From: Carcharhinus longimanus
Taxonomy: Eukaryota
Reading direction: 5' to 3'
DNA length: 64,000 nt
NCBI GenBank assembly: GCA_030264375.1
Contig: JASCQW010000132.1
Location: 92,556,898-92,620,897 of the forward strand
Position 1 is the stretch's first letter; each line of letters opens with the position of its first letter. Positions 1 through 12,618 of this stretch are shown here, one piece after another. The notes beneath the pieces were generated by a model. That model did not search any database and was not told the origin of the DNA. It saw only the letters and a program-made list of their open reading frames with translations. Made by a program: the position numbers and the translations under genes.

Positions 1-830
1 ATCAGAAATGGTCAAGGTTCAATCAACTTCTAATATGCAATGCTGGCGAAATAGAAGAGGAAAGATAATAAATGGGTTATGTTACTTTATTAGTTTGTTG
101 TCACTGACCTTCTACACTTAACCTACAGAGCTACAGCACGTTGCATTAACCTACTAAACTTTAGACTACAAACATCAAACCAGAAATGCAATCTAGCGGC
201 TGTAAGTTCCGACCATGCGTCACATAATAGTACTGGAAGTAACAATCAGCAAAGCCCCAGCGTGGATCACAATTATAGTGATCACTGTGGAAATGTAGCA
301 GCAACCGGCAAACTAATCACAGGCAGACCCGTGAAAGTCAAGATTACTCATGTTTTCTCGCCTGTAGCCGCCAGGGAATCTTAGTGTGTGATTATAATTG
401 CCTAATATTGGGCTGAAACTTTCCTTTTTTTACCAACTTCATCTGTGAATAATTTAAAATAATAAACGGATTGCTACTATGACTCAGTAACGCCGCGTTA
501 AGTCTTGCTGAAAGTTCTGGTGATAGCCTGTTACACATTGGAGCCCCGCTTTTATTTTATTTGAAGGACGTGATTCTAATAAAGTAGAACCGAGTAAATA
601 AAGATGCATTTAGACGCTTTTGCAGTTTACCGATTACATATGGTGACCTTATTGCAGTTGTAGTGACGCAGCCCTCCATGGAGGAGGGGCTTGTGTCCAA
701 CTGTGCCATTCGATTGGCTCATCCCGCCTGTCGTGCTGCGGAGGTATCTCTAATCATATTCAGCGTGTTTGCACAAGAAATGTCAGCCTGAACTGGATAT
801 CTTCTGCTTTCGCCAAATTACCCCACAACA

Positions 831-1204
831 ATGTCATGCTCAGACAGCCCGTCTGCAAACTCCTTTTTAGTAGATTCTCTGATCAGCGTGGGCCGTGGCG
901 GGGAAGGAACCTATTACCCCAACAGCAGCGTGTACCTGCCGCCTGCCTCTGAGCTCCCTTACGGCACCCAGAACTGTGGACTTTTCCCATCTCTGAGCAA
1001 ACGCAGCGAGAACAACTCTCAGAGTATGGTCCTGACTTCTCATCCTTACATGAGCGGGATGGAAGTCTGGTCAGAACCCCCAAGGTCCTGTCGCATGGAG
1101 CAACCTGCAACCCAGCAAGTAGCAGCCTGTTCCTTCCCCCAGAATATCAAAGAAGAGAATGCATACTGTTTATATGATTCTGAGAAATTTCCCAAAAGAG
1201 CAAC
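831..1204 (+). CDS. hoxa10: HoxA10 exon 1 (partial; remainder and splice donor probably inside N-gap 1205-1630)
   Basis: ATG at 831 gives MSCSDSPSANSFLVDSLIS...PPRSCRMEQ...CSFPQNIKEENAYCLYD, typical group-10/HoxA10 N-terminal motifs. The frame runs into 426 N. Confidence 0.93.
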
Positions 1205-1630
1205 NNNNNNNNNNNNNNNNNNNNNNNNNNNNNNNNNNNNNNNNNNNNNNNNNNNNNNNNNNNNNNNNNNNNNNNNNNNNNNNNNNNNNNNNNNNNNNNN
1301 NNNNNNNNNNNNNNNNNNNNNNNNNNNNNNNNNNNNNNNNNNNNNNNNNNNNNNNNNNNNNNNNNNNNNNNNNNNNNNNNNNNNNNNNNNNNNNNNNNNN
1401 NNNNNNNNNNNNNNNNNNNNNNNNNNNNNNNNNNNNNNNNNNNNNNNNNNNNNNNNNNNNNNNNNNNNNNNNNNNNNNNNNNNNNNNNNNNNNNNNNNNN
1501 NNNNNNNNNNNNNNNNNNNNNNNNNNNNNNNNNNNNNNNNNNNNNNNNNNNNNNNNNNNNNNNNNNNNNNNNNNNNNNNNNNNNNNNNNNNNNNNNNNNN
1601 NNNNNNNNNNNNNNNNNNNNNNNNNNNNNN
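1205..1630. other. Assembly gap (426 N). Other gaps: 17605-17704, 36761-36860, 57236-57335, 62537-62548
   Basis: Runs of N. Confidence 1.
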
Positions 1631-3035
1631 GAATTTATACATCCAGCACTCAGAAACGGGTAGACGTGGCAGGTACAGCCAACAAGCGTAACAAAGGGGG
1701 TTTTATTCTGACCTTGTGAACTTTTAATTTTTGGGCGTGAGCTATGCTGTAAAAATTAATGCCTACTATAGTTTATAGCACGGGCCCACGCTCCGGAGTC
1801 AATTGTAGCTACATTCTAAACTTGTCAGATAAGTTACAAACCACGAATCCTTTCTGCAGTTATTTAAGCGGACCGCATAGAAGGACATATTTGCACACAG
1901 GGTCCAAAGTAAACACAGCACAGCCAATAAATAATACTCAAAGGGATCCAGTGATGTTTTATGTTCCAGCGCTCTTTTTGAGAAAAAAACATACAAAAAG
2001 AGAAAAGTTTTCCCAAAGTAGGAAAAGCTGAGACTCTCATCTTGTACTATCTGATGTTTGTTACTATCTTCCCAGTGCAGACCTATTATCCGTCTTAGTT
2101 TTTTTCTGAAAAAAAACACATCTGAACTTATAAATATGTTTTAGTCGTTAGTTAGATTTGACATTGTCTGAATTCCAGGTGGAGGTGTCGCCGCAGAAAG
2201 ATTGGCATTTTGGGGACAATTTTACTCAACTTTAACGAACTTGCGCAGGAACCATTTTATAAAGTCATTTCAAATAAGATGAAACAATGAGGTCTTGGAA
2301 AGGGTTTAATACATTCCAGCGATGGGGAAAACACTCCAAACTGTTGCATTTGAATTCTTCACGTAAACGCAAAACTTTGTTTCACTTACTTAGACTAAAG
2401 CAATAGATAAACGCAGATTTTGAACGTGGAGAGAAAGCGGGCAGAAAGCAAATTAGAAATAATCCTACAAAGGCAGACATCTCAGACAATGCCTCCTGGA
2501 GCTTAGCAAAATATTGAATTTTACCGATAATTTCAGTAAATCAGCCCCAGCAGTGGATAACTAATTATTAAGCCACTTTAAAAAAGAAAGTGAACGAGAT
2601 TCTTGTAGAATAAAAATGAAACCAGACAGTATCAACTTCAAGTATGCAACAAGCTTAGTAATCATTTCAAAGAAACCTTTTAGCGTCAAAATAGAGTTTG
2701 AAAACTGATTTTGTCTTCAGTTTAAATGCAGTTGAAACTCACTTTCACACTATCTTTTACAGACCCGTTTGAGCTCTAAAATAATTAATGTGTTATCTTT
2801 TGCGGTCCATGTGAATATGCATAAAGCGTGCTGACAAATAACGAAGCTGTACAATACTAACTAAAATGCAGTAGGATAGAATCCAAACAGAACGTTGAAA
2901 ATTGGGAGATGCAACATTTAAGTCCCTCATAACGCATCTTAAAATGTTTAGTTTTAGTGACACTTTAGCGTGATGGGTGCAGTATAGTAATCACATGTAG
3001 GCTTATATTGAAATTATATTGCAAAACATGATAAG

Positions 3036-3130
3036 CTTTCTTCTCTTTCTCTCTCTCTCTTCATCTTCTATCTCGAATACCTCTATTTATCTTTCTATTG
3101 GGTTTCTTGTTTTTTCTCTCTCTCTCTCTC
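3036..3130 (+). repeat. CT-rich / (CT)n low-complexity tract ahead of the HoxA10 acceptor
   Basis: Two runs of CTCTCTCTCT within a pyrimidine-rich stretch. Confidence 0.75.
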
Positions 3131-3152
3131 ATTCTCACCCTTCACTTATTAG

Positions 3153-3427
3153 GGGAGGTGAAAGCTGAAAACGGGGCGAACTGGCTGACTGCAAAGAGTG
3201 GCAGAAAAAAACGATGCCCTTACACCAAACATCAGACCCTGGAACTGGAGAAAGAGTTTCTCTTCAACATGTACCTGACTCGAGAGCGTCGCCTAGAGAT
3301 TAGCCGCAGTGTCCACCTGACTGACAGACAGGTCAAAATCTGGTTTCAAAATCGCAGGATGAAACTCAAGAAAATGAATCGTGAGAACAGGATTCGGGAG
3401 CTTACAGCTAACTTCAGCTTCTCATGA
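3153..3427 (+). CDS. hoxa10: HoxA10 exon 2 (homeodomain)
   Basis: Long CT-rich tract, then TTAG| at 3152. Encodes [83 protein letters not shown]; stop TGA 3425-3427. Confidence 0.97.
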
Positions 3428-5227
3428 TGAGCACAAAAACTGGTTTAAGGATTTTAACGGGACATCGGGAAGCTGTGCTATTGTTATTAAAAGACTAAAA
3501 ACTTTTCCACTTACCTCTGACTTCTCAGCCGTGCGCTGTTTGTAGATATTTACGATTTATGTGTTTTGTTTTTATTTGTGGCGAGAGTCTGTTTCTGTAA
3601 CTATAATAATAAGTGTTGCCATTGATAAGCAAGGCATGCACAGAAGTTATCGCCCTGTATGATGATTTTTCAACCAACTGTGGGGGGGAGGGGGGACTTG
3701 ACAACAATCTTTTAATTGTGCTAATTACCAATTATCAGCTAAGTAAATCAAACTTTGTAATGTTTAAATACAGATGACCCATGCTGTTAAAATAATTCCA
3801 AAATAAGTAACTACCGTATACTGACATGTTAATAGAAGTTAAATGTGAATATGCTGTAAAGTGTGTTGTTGCATAAAGATATCACAAACCATGAACAGGA
3901 ACATCAGAACACATGTAAATGTGAAATATTATTGCAAAGACTGAAGAGTAGAATGTCGGACCTTTTATTCACCGTCGTCGATTCACTTTTAGAAAAATAA
4001 GAAAACAAACAAATAGAATTGATTCATTTGGGTTTGCAAAGATGAAATACTCTCCATGAGGACTCAAATTATGCTCAATCCTATTGCTGCTGCACTGTGT
4101 ACGTAAACAAAACTTGTGTTTTCATGAAAGATGAATAAAATGTATTTGGTCGGAGTCCTTTGAGATAGGTATATGTATATTGTTTTTACTTCATTTTGTG
4201 TTCAATTTCTTTTTCCTTACCTTATCTGTTGAGGAAGCTTTCAGCAAGAATGGTGGGTTTAAAGGCTGGCAATTACCGTTGCAATCTATTTAAATATTAC
4301 CTAGACGGTCGTAATTTGTCTGGGCTATATAGCAATGGTGCTGTAACGTTTGTCGGCTTTTGTTGAGTTTTATGACTTGCTAGTATATCTGGGTTGTTGC
4401 TGTCTTGGACGAGTGGTTTCAGTTGAGCGAACAGCCACGAAGACAGAGGAAGCAGAGCACAGCTCGGATGTAGGAAATTGATTTGCTTTGAACACAATAC
4501 ACTTCAGATCCTTTAATCGGTTAAAATCAGAAGAGTGTGAGGAATCGAAAAAAGCAGCAGATAAGACCTTTGGAGACATTTACGATGAAGGTAAGGTCTG
4601 TAAGAGGAACGAATGCTAAGGCCTATTATCTTATATTTGGAACTAATAGGTAAGAGATTCTTTCTGGCGACCTTGCATCTAGTATATTTTGAAATGCCAA
4701 TAGTGCTGTTCGCAATTAGAAGTGAAAGTTACTATTTTGTTTTTTGCTTGTGGCGGGGAAGAAGAGAAAAAGAAAATCTATCTCTGCAGGCTATGTCATC
4801 TGACCAGCTCTTTTCTTCAGACAAACCTTGAACTCGTGATTATTGCAGTGCAGACAAGTTGCTATGGCTTATCATCACTGGAGTGAATGACATGCATTCA
4901 GATCGCGTCAAATCCTGCACAGAGATAATAAAGAACCCGCCATATTTAGTGGGGAGCTAACAATTATTCTCGTGCTGAATTTGCAATTAAATCTATTCAT
5001 TTGAATACAAATCCGGCCTGGAACGCGGAAGCAAAGCTGAAATACTTGGGAGATTATTTCAGGGACCCACAATATTGCACGATGAAGGAGTGCCTTTCGT
5101 GTTTGGTAAATTGCAATGCGAGGTTGTGACGAGAAGCATCATAATGTGACTTTTTTTTCTATTTGAGTAAGCTTGTTGAATCATCCTTATGTATGTACAG
5201 TGATAGGAAACTAAAGAGCTGAGATAG

Positions 5228-5311
5228 AACTGATGTGTGATTTAGGTAGTTTCATGTTGTTGGGGCTCAAGTCTATCTCTACAACACGAAACTGCCTGAA
5301 TTACTGCAGTT
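5228..5311 (+). ncRNA. mir196: miR-196 precursor (HoxA locus, positional orthologue of mir-196b)
   Basis: Mature TAGGTAGTTTCATGTTGTTGGG at 5243-5264. Complementary 3' arm ACAACACGAAACTGCCTGAATTAC at 5281-5304, closed by AACTG/CAGTT. Canonical position between Hox10 and Hox9. Confidence 0.98.
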
Positions 5312-8300
5312 ATCGTCTTCGCCAGTGAGTTCTGTCGCTGGTTTGGAAAAAAACCGCAGTTACTCAATAACCACGAATAAGTAAAATGCTTTGGTTTCAT
5401 ATCGCCAACAAAAAGTGCCATGTTTTGTGACAAGAATAGCAATGTTTTATAAAAGAAAATAACCATTGTTTCATAGACAAGTTTTTTTTTAATTAATACA
5501 ACTTTGTAATTTTATTTGAAGAGCAGTGTGCCTTCTATACTCTGCGAGCAAACACTGGAGAATGCGTTGTTAACGTTCAGATTGGGATTTTATAAATGTA
5601 ATATTTCACATTAGATTTGCTCATTTTCATCTCGAAGAACGATCAAGTTCACGTTTAAATTAAATATGATCATTTTCAGATTTCCTTGCAGTATATCTGT
5701 GCTGCTGAATTATGATTTGAAAACATTGATGTAGGTCAGTACAATTTTACTGAAAATAATTGCAATTTGATCTACCCGGCAGTGTAATCCATGCATTGCA
5801 GATTGCGCTCTTTGTTAGTGATAAATATTTCATTATTATGCTAACATCGACTAAACGGAACATGCTTCTTGGTGCATTTTGTATGTAGCTGATCTTATAA
5901 TTCCCGATGAAAATCGAAATAAAAACGGACGGCGCCAAGTGATTTAGGGGACACGTTTTAAACCTATGTATTCTACCATGTGCAAGACAAAGAAATTACT
6001 TGAAAGCACAAGGCCTCGGTTATGATCATTGCATGGCGCCTAGGCGCGTAAATTTGTGTTGTTCTTCGAAACAGCGACCTCGGCGGAATGTAGTGGAAAC
6101 GCTGCTCGGTCGGCGGCTCCTGCCTCTGCAGGAAACTAGACTAAACACAGAAAGCAGACTTGTCCCATTATATTGGCCGTTTAGAGGAGACAAACAGAAG
6201 CTTTAATCTAAGCAAAGCAAGTAAACAAACACCATGGCACTTTATTCTGTTGGTCTAGTTATTTGAGTTGCGCGACCCAATTGGAATTGCACCATTTTAA
6301 ATTTCTGAATCCAAATGATTGCACAACATAGACATTGCAATAGGATAGATTTTGTGCCATTTTGCGGATGCAGCATCAAATTAATTTCACACGAGATATA
6401 CATGTTAACCTTATCATGGTAGACTTAACGCAACGGATTAACTGAGAGAATGCAAGGCTTTTTAAAATAGGAAATGCAATTCAATACAATTTTCCATGCC
6501 TCCGTGTAACCGTTTATTTTTTTAATGAAATAACCAACAAGCATTTGATTCAAATGAAATGTATGAAATCTCATACACAATATTAAATTACACCATTCCC
6601 TTTATTTGTTCTTTCAGTGTAACTTCTGTTGTAGAAGCAGACGGAGTTTTAAAAAAACAAATAACTTGATTTTTTTTTTCTCTTCAGTGCAATACAAAAT
6701 AATATCGTCTGAAAAATGTCCGCTGTTGTACACTCGAACCGTGATACTATCCCGATATGACTGCACCGCCTGAAAACTACCTCTGGCATAGTTTAAAGAT
6801 TCTCAAAGCTAAAGCACAGTCAAGTTTGTGCTATTCAAAGCACCACTGCTGCTATTAGCCAGGCCCTCTATAAAATGCAATTCAGTTCAGCCTTTTAGCT
6901 TCACGACTTTGCTTGCTTTCATTTTGCAGGGTGTAGACATACGATTCATTTTGGCAAGAAGTGGGAAACATTTCTTTAAATATTACATTTCTGTGTAATT
7001 GCGTATTGCATTTTATTTGGACGTCATTATTGAAAGAATAGCCTTTCTCAATTCAAATATACGTCGATTATGTGTAGGTGCATACATTTCCTCCGTCTTT
7101 CCGGACATCTAATGCTCAAAGTTTAAAATGTTTAGTTCAAAATCATTCTGCTTACATCTCCAGAAAAGTTTTTTTTTGTTTTCTTGTTGCTCGCAAAAGC
7201 TTTGCCATGGCTAATACGACCGATAGACTTAAAATAAAACAGAAGCCACAGAAAAATTGTACTTTCATTCTTTAATATTAAATTAGAGATTATCTTCTAT
7301 AAGCCCGTGCATGCGGTTCATTTGCACAGTTTTACATGAAGGATTTAATTTCCAACTGATGCGGATGAACTAAAACGTGTTTCAATCTTTCGTAAACAAG
7401 GAACAGTCAACATAAGGTTTGGTATTTGAGATTGCCGTCAGTCATGACTTTCCTGAAATTTAAACCTTTGAGTGTGGCCACGGGACCGGCTCGATCAGTT
7501 TTGCAAGTTCTCTTGCAGATGTCTCCAAGATTTGGTTAGTCTGATTTTATGTTTTATTTTAAGCCTTTGCCAAATTATCTGTTATACGGCAATTACACTC
7601 GAAAATGATGAAAGCACTTTGAACACGTTGTCGTCATTGCACATTGCGTGCCCACAAATTGGCTTTGCAACTTCACACAGATGTTATCTGAACGGAAATA
7701 AAGGCGTCAGCCTTTATTCTAAATAATACAACGAGAATTGCAGATAAAAAAATCACATATCGAATGTCGTTACTACCTTGAAATTTTTATCATCCGATCT
7801 TACCCCAATTTATTCATATTTTGAAACTTTTATTTGTGACACATTTTGTCCAGTTTTTTTCTGACTACAAGGTGTACTCAATGAATATCCCACATGGTTG
7901 GATAATTCCGGAAAGCATTAAACAAACTTTGGGAGTGGATGTGAGTACCATATTTTGAAGGAATTTTAACTGCTGTATCAGTTGCAGGGATTAATAAAGC
8001 TTTTGACGTTCCAAGCATAACTCTCAAGGAAAAATGACCGACTCCAAACAACACAAAAAGCAGTCTCCCTTTATTCCATTCGCCTTGCTGCAGAGTGAAA
8101 ATAGGAGATTCCGCTATCCCAGCATATGTCTTCAAATTAGAATGGAGGAATTATTGTATTTTTGTCGATTGTCGAATAACCTTTGTATGATGATACTATT
8201 TTCATTTGAGATCTTTGGTGAATTGTATTCACGCGTGTAAAGGATCTTTTTTTTCTCTCTGTTTAGTTCTTACATTGCCTGGCCCGAAAGCTGCAATTTG

Positions 8301-10689
8301 CAAGGAGCATGCGAGCTTCCTGTGCCGAATTTCCAAACAAAAGTCTAAACCGGACAGCGCACTATAATTCGTAACTATCCTTTTTGGTGAAAACAATTGA
8401 TCCAATTGAGACTCAGAATCCACAGTGCTAATTGTGGCCAATTCGACTATATCATTTAAAATCATACATTTCGTACAAAACTACAAATTTTTAAGTATCG
8501 CAACAAGACGCGATACAGTCCAAGGTTGTGGATGAATTCTTTCAGGCGCTTAAATGGTGGGTTGTTTTTATATATTTTCTTAGCATAAATAGAGCTAAAT
8601 TCCAATTACAGGAACCGCTCTTTAAAGCGAGGTGCAATTTCGGAGCGCCTTAGATTCGCCTTGCAAATACAGAATCAACATTTGAATTCTAATTCCAGGC
8701 CATCGGCACAGGAAAAACAGAAAGGTTTTCTTTCTAAGGCTCAACACTGGACTTGAATGGTTCTCGATTTTGCTCTAGACCTCAGCACTCCGCCTGTGTC
8801 ACTGTAATACTCCGCTGACCAGAAATTCAATGCTGGCTCACAGGCGACAGACTGAATCTTCCCTTTCCCGAGAGGAATGCACAGAAATCTAAAGAAAAAT
8901 TGGGATAAAGAGAACCCAAACCTCGAGAAAGGGAAGTTTTATTTCAGCTAGCTGTACAGGTTTTCGACTGAGGGCTTATACAGCCAGCTGGTGGAAACGC
9001 AAGCGCCTTACGACGACGCCAGCACTTTGGTTTAATGTGGGATCTGATAATTGTCTTTGTTTAATGGGTATTTCTATGTTATCTGATCCACGCAACAGCT
9101 CAGGTACTTCGCCATCATTTTGGAGATAGACCTTTTTTTATTTTAGCCTGTTGCTAGCGTCGTGATGCGCCGTAGGTTTTTGTAATTAAGCTTGGTTGAA
9201 GCAGAAATGAACAAAGTACTTGCATATGTAGGTTGTAAAATAACAAAGAAATATAAAACAGGCATTAAAACACCAAGCCTCGTTTAAAAATCTACGTCAG
9301 CCAGATAACACATTACTGATTGCCTTTAAGGATTTAAGCGTTTCAAAAACTGGGATAAGTTGCATTTGATTAAAATGACCATTGTCAATCTTCATTCGGA
9401 ATCTGAATTACTGCTAACATTAAATATGTTTCAGGAAGAGCAGCCCAAAAAGGAAACACTACCCAATATAACATTGTCAAAGGGTTCTGTGAAACCCCTG
9501 AAATTATATAAACAAACGCACGGGAGCTTAAATCTTGTACGTCAAATGAAACATTTCATATTAAAATAGCATTGGTAAATTATGCTTACTGAAAAATGTC
9601 AACAAAATACATCATTAGCGTATTTATGGGTTGTTTCAACATTTAGAAAATTATTTTTATATAAAACTATTTTGGAAATGCATTTACTTTGAAACTGTAC
9701 CGTGATAAACCACGGTGTTGGCGTTCTAAACTCACATCCTGCCCGTTAATTTTATTGTAGCTAAGTAAAATCACCCATTCGCTGTACATATTTATATCCA
9801 GTGTGCGTGTGGGAAAGAGGCCTACTAAGTTTTTAGGACACAGTAATTGGTTGCACATATAATGTTTAATAGGCCGATAACACTGTAATAAGGATGTCTT
9901 CTTACTCCATTGAAATACGACTCTTATGTTTTACATCTGTTTATATATCTAACTGTTTGCTTTTATTTGCTATTGAAAGGAATGTATCTTAACCAGCTAA
10001 CAGATTGAGTTTCCGAATACCGTCGGTGCGGGGAAGCTTTCCCACCAACTCGCCACAGAATCCGCCAGCGAGTGACGGATATAAAAATAAATACTCTAAT
10101 CCGAAGAGAAAGACGGTAGAATTGTCCGATCTCCTAAGAAATGCATTTTTTTCCGCGCGAATCTGTCAACTTAAATAGCGCGTTGAATGCGGAAGTTGCA
10201 CTTTGTTATGGTTTATTGGAGGTAAAGGGCCTTTTTGGAATGGCTCTAGTTTGCTAACGTGTAGTTTTATTGCTGAGACTGTTATAAAACGGAGATTGCC
10301 ACCGTGTGTTTTATGTGCGCCCCATTTTCGAAAATAAAAAATCTCTACCAGATGCAGGTACACCCGGCCACTGTTCAGAGGTACGCTTTAAAAGTTCGTT
10401 AACGATTTTTATTTGTCAAGAATGCGTTTTTAATTTTACTAAACATGAATAATAAATACCTGTCCAATCTCTTCTTTCGTTGTTTTTTCCCCTGCAGTTT
10501 ATAGTTTCACTCTTTCCATAATCTTTTATGTGAAGGTTAACGATTATAAGGTGTTCGTTAAAAAAAACGAGCATCTGATGGGAAGATTGATTATGATATA
10601 AAATAGTCCCCTAAAAAAGAACTGCAACGGAATACTTTTTACATCTCAGCTGGCAACAAAGAAATCAACTTCCATATATAGAGGTGATT

Positions 10690-10938
10690 ATATCCCTTTG
10701 CATAAAAAAACATACGGAGTTGCTATATAAAATTATCTCTATAAAAGATTGACCCTGTTACAAGCTGCGGATTGATTTATATTTTATTGTTGTTTTTGAA
10801 TCACGTGAGTAACTGATCCAATGGCGTGGAAGTGCGTCTGCACCATATTAGCAGAGTGTACTTGTCGCGGCGGTAAGTTGTTACACTGAAATCTGCTCTT
10901 TCATATTTTCAGAGGCGCTTGCTGTGTCATTGGCGAGA
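10690..10938 (+). promoter_or_regulatory. HoxA9 promoter / conserved leader
   Basis: CACGTG 10802-10807 and CCAAT 10818-10822. Also CCTTTGCATAAAAA, TGATTTAT and AGTTGTTACA..GAAATCTGC blocks resembling the mammalian HOXA9 5' region as I recall it. Confidence 0.8.
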
Positions 10939-11479
10939 ATGTCGACATCAGGGACTATCAGCAATTATTATGTCGACTCCCTTATAATGCATGAGAACGA
11001 TGATCTGCTGTCGTCCAGATATGCCTCGGGTCCACTGGCTCAGTCCTCCAGGCAGGCAGCCCTGGCTGAGCACCCAGACTTCACCCCATGCAACTTCCAG
11101 TCCAAAGCCACAGTGTTCAGCACCTCCTGGAGCCCGGTTCATGCTCAGAGCTCTGCCAATATGCCCACTGTTTATCATCCATACATGCACCAGGCTCCCA
11201 TTGCCGCCGCACCCGATGGTAGGTACATGCGTTCCTGGCTAGATCCAATGCCGGGGACCCTGTCTTTCACCGGGTTACCTTCCAGTAGACACTACGGCAT
11301 CAAGCCCGAGCCTGTAGCTGCCCGCAGGAGTGACTGCACCACGTTTGAAACACACACGCTAGCCCTCTCAGAATATACTTGTGGAACTTCTCCTGGAGAC
11401 AAACGTATGAGTGAGGTGTCCTTTTCAGAAAATAATGGAGAGGTTGAATCTAACGCAGATAAGCTGCACATGGATCCAA
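10939..11479 (+). CDS. hoxa9: HoxA9 exon 1
   Basis: MSTSGTISNYYVDSLI...APDGRYMRSWL...RHYGIKPEP; donor A|GTAAGT at 11479/11480, phase 1. Confidence 0.96.
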
Positions 11480-12134
11480 GTAAGTGTGGAACCCCCACGT
11501 TTTTGTATTACCTTTCGAGATAAGGATTATGAATTCAAACTGTTTTATATCCATTCCATTGTCTTCGTTACATAGCGAAATACAAATGCCGAGATCTGTA
11601 TTCAGTTTTGCGCTTTTTAAAGATCACACAGTACTTTTGAGATAAGTGTTTGAGGTTTATGCTGCACATTTCCGGCACTGCAATGACTATCAATCGGGTA
11701 TGTGCTGAACTTTCTATTCATTATGGAAAAAAGGAGAGATTGTGTAATTGCTCACCCTGCAATTCAAGTGTATTTGTTTCAAATAAATATGATGGCGATA
11801 AGACTCGTGGATAAACAAATAATGCACACAATATGCAACACAGGCAGACCACATATTGCTTTGGATTGCACATGTCCGATTTACAGATCGCCACAATATC
11901 AGATCTTTTCTAATTCATTTTCATTGCCCTATTCATAGAGTTTGTTCATTGAGCAAGACGCTGGGTGTAAGAGAGGAAACACACATAAAAGTGTAGCAAC
12001 CAACTTCATTAATCCAGTGCTGCATCATCCATCCTCTTTTATCTGTAACGGTGTTTTGATTCTGAGAGTGTTACAACATTTTGTCTAACTTGAAGAGGGG
12101 AATTATATTAAATGTGTTTCCTTCACAATTCCAG

Positions 12135-12376
12135 ATAACCCATCCGCCAATTGGTTGCATGCAAGGTCTACCAGAAAAAAACGCTGCCCTTACACCAAAC
12201 ATCAGACCCTGGAGCTGGAAAAGGAATTCTTGTTTAATATGTACCTCACAAGAGACCGCAGATATGAGGTCGCCAGGGTCCTTAACCTTACCGAACGGCA
12301 AGTTAAAATCTGGTTTCAGAACAGGAGGATGAAGATGAAAAAAATCAACAAGGAACGACCTAAAGATGACCGGTGA
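12135..12376 (+). CDS. hoxa9: HoxA9 exon 2 (homeodomain); spliced protein 260 aa
   Basis: Acceptor TTCCAG| at 12134. [48 protein letters not shown]...[12 protein letters not shown]; frame matches exon 1. Confidence 0.97.
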
Positions 12377-12618
12377 CACATGAGTTAGAATATTTCTGAG
12401 AGAAAAAAAAAGACTAATTCACAATTACAATCGAAATAGGCCCTTATTCAGAAAGACTATTATGTACATTTTGTCATGCCATTAGCACAAATTATTCCTT
12501 TGCCAGTTCTGGACTGCATTTGGTGGGTAAAACGACTGATACACTTGTTAGTTGGGAACCAAAGAGGGAGACATTTACGGCAAGGTTAAGTATGTGGCTA
12601 CGAAATCTACCTTACTTT

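Noticed and set aside
1631-1691. Continuation of the HoxA10 ORF after the gap
   Set aside because: The translated sequence is not Hox10-like and the frame across the Ns is arbitrary. Probably intronic.
10924-10938. ORF-track upstream starts for HoxA9, A7 and A6, and for the exon-2 ORFs
   Set aside because: Most are GTG/TTG starts from a bacterial-style caller. Conserved ATGs and splice acceptors explain the genes.
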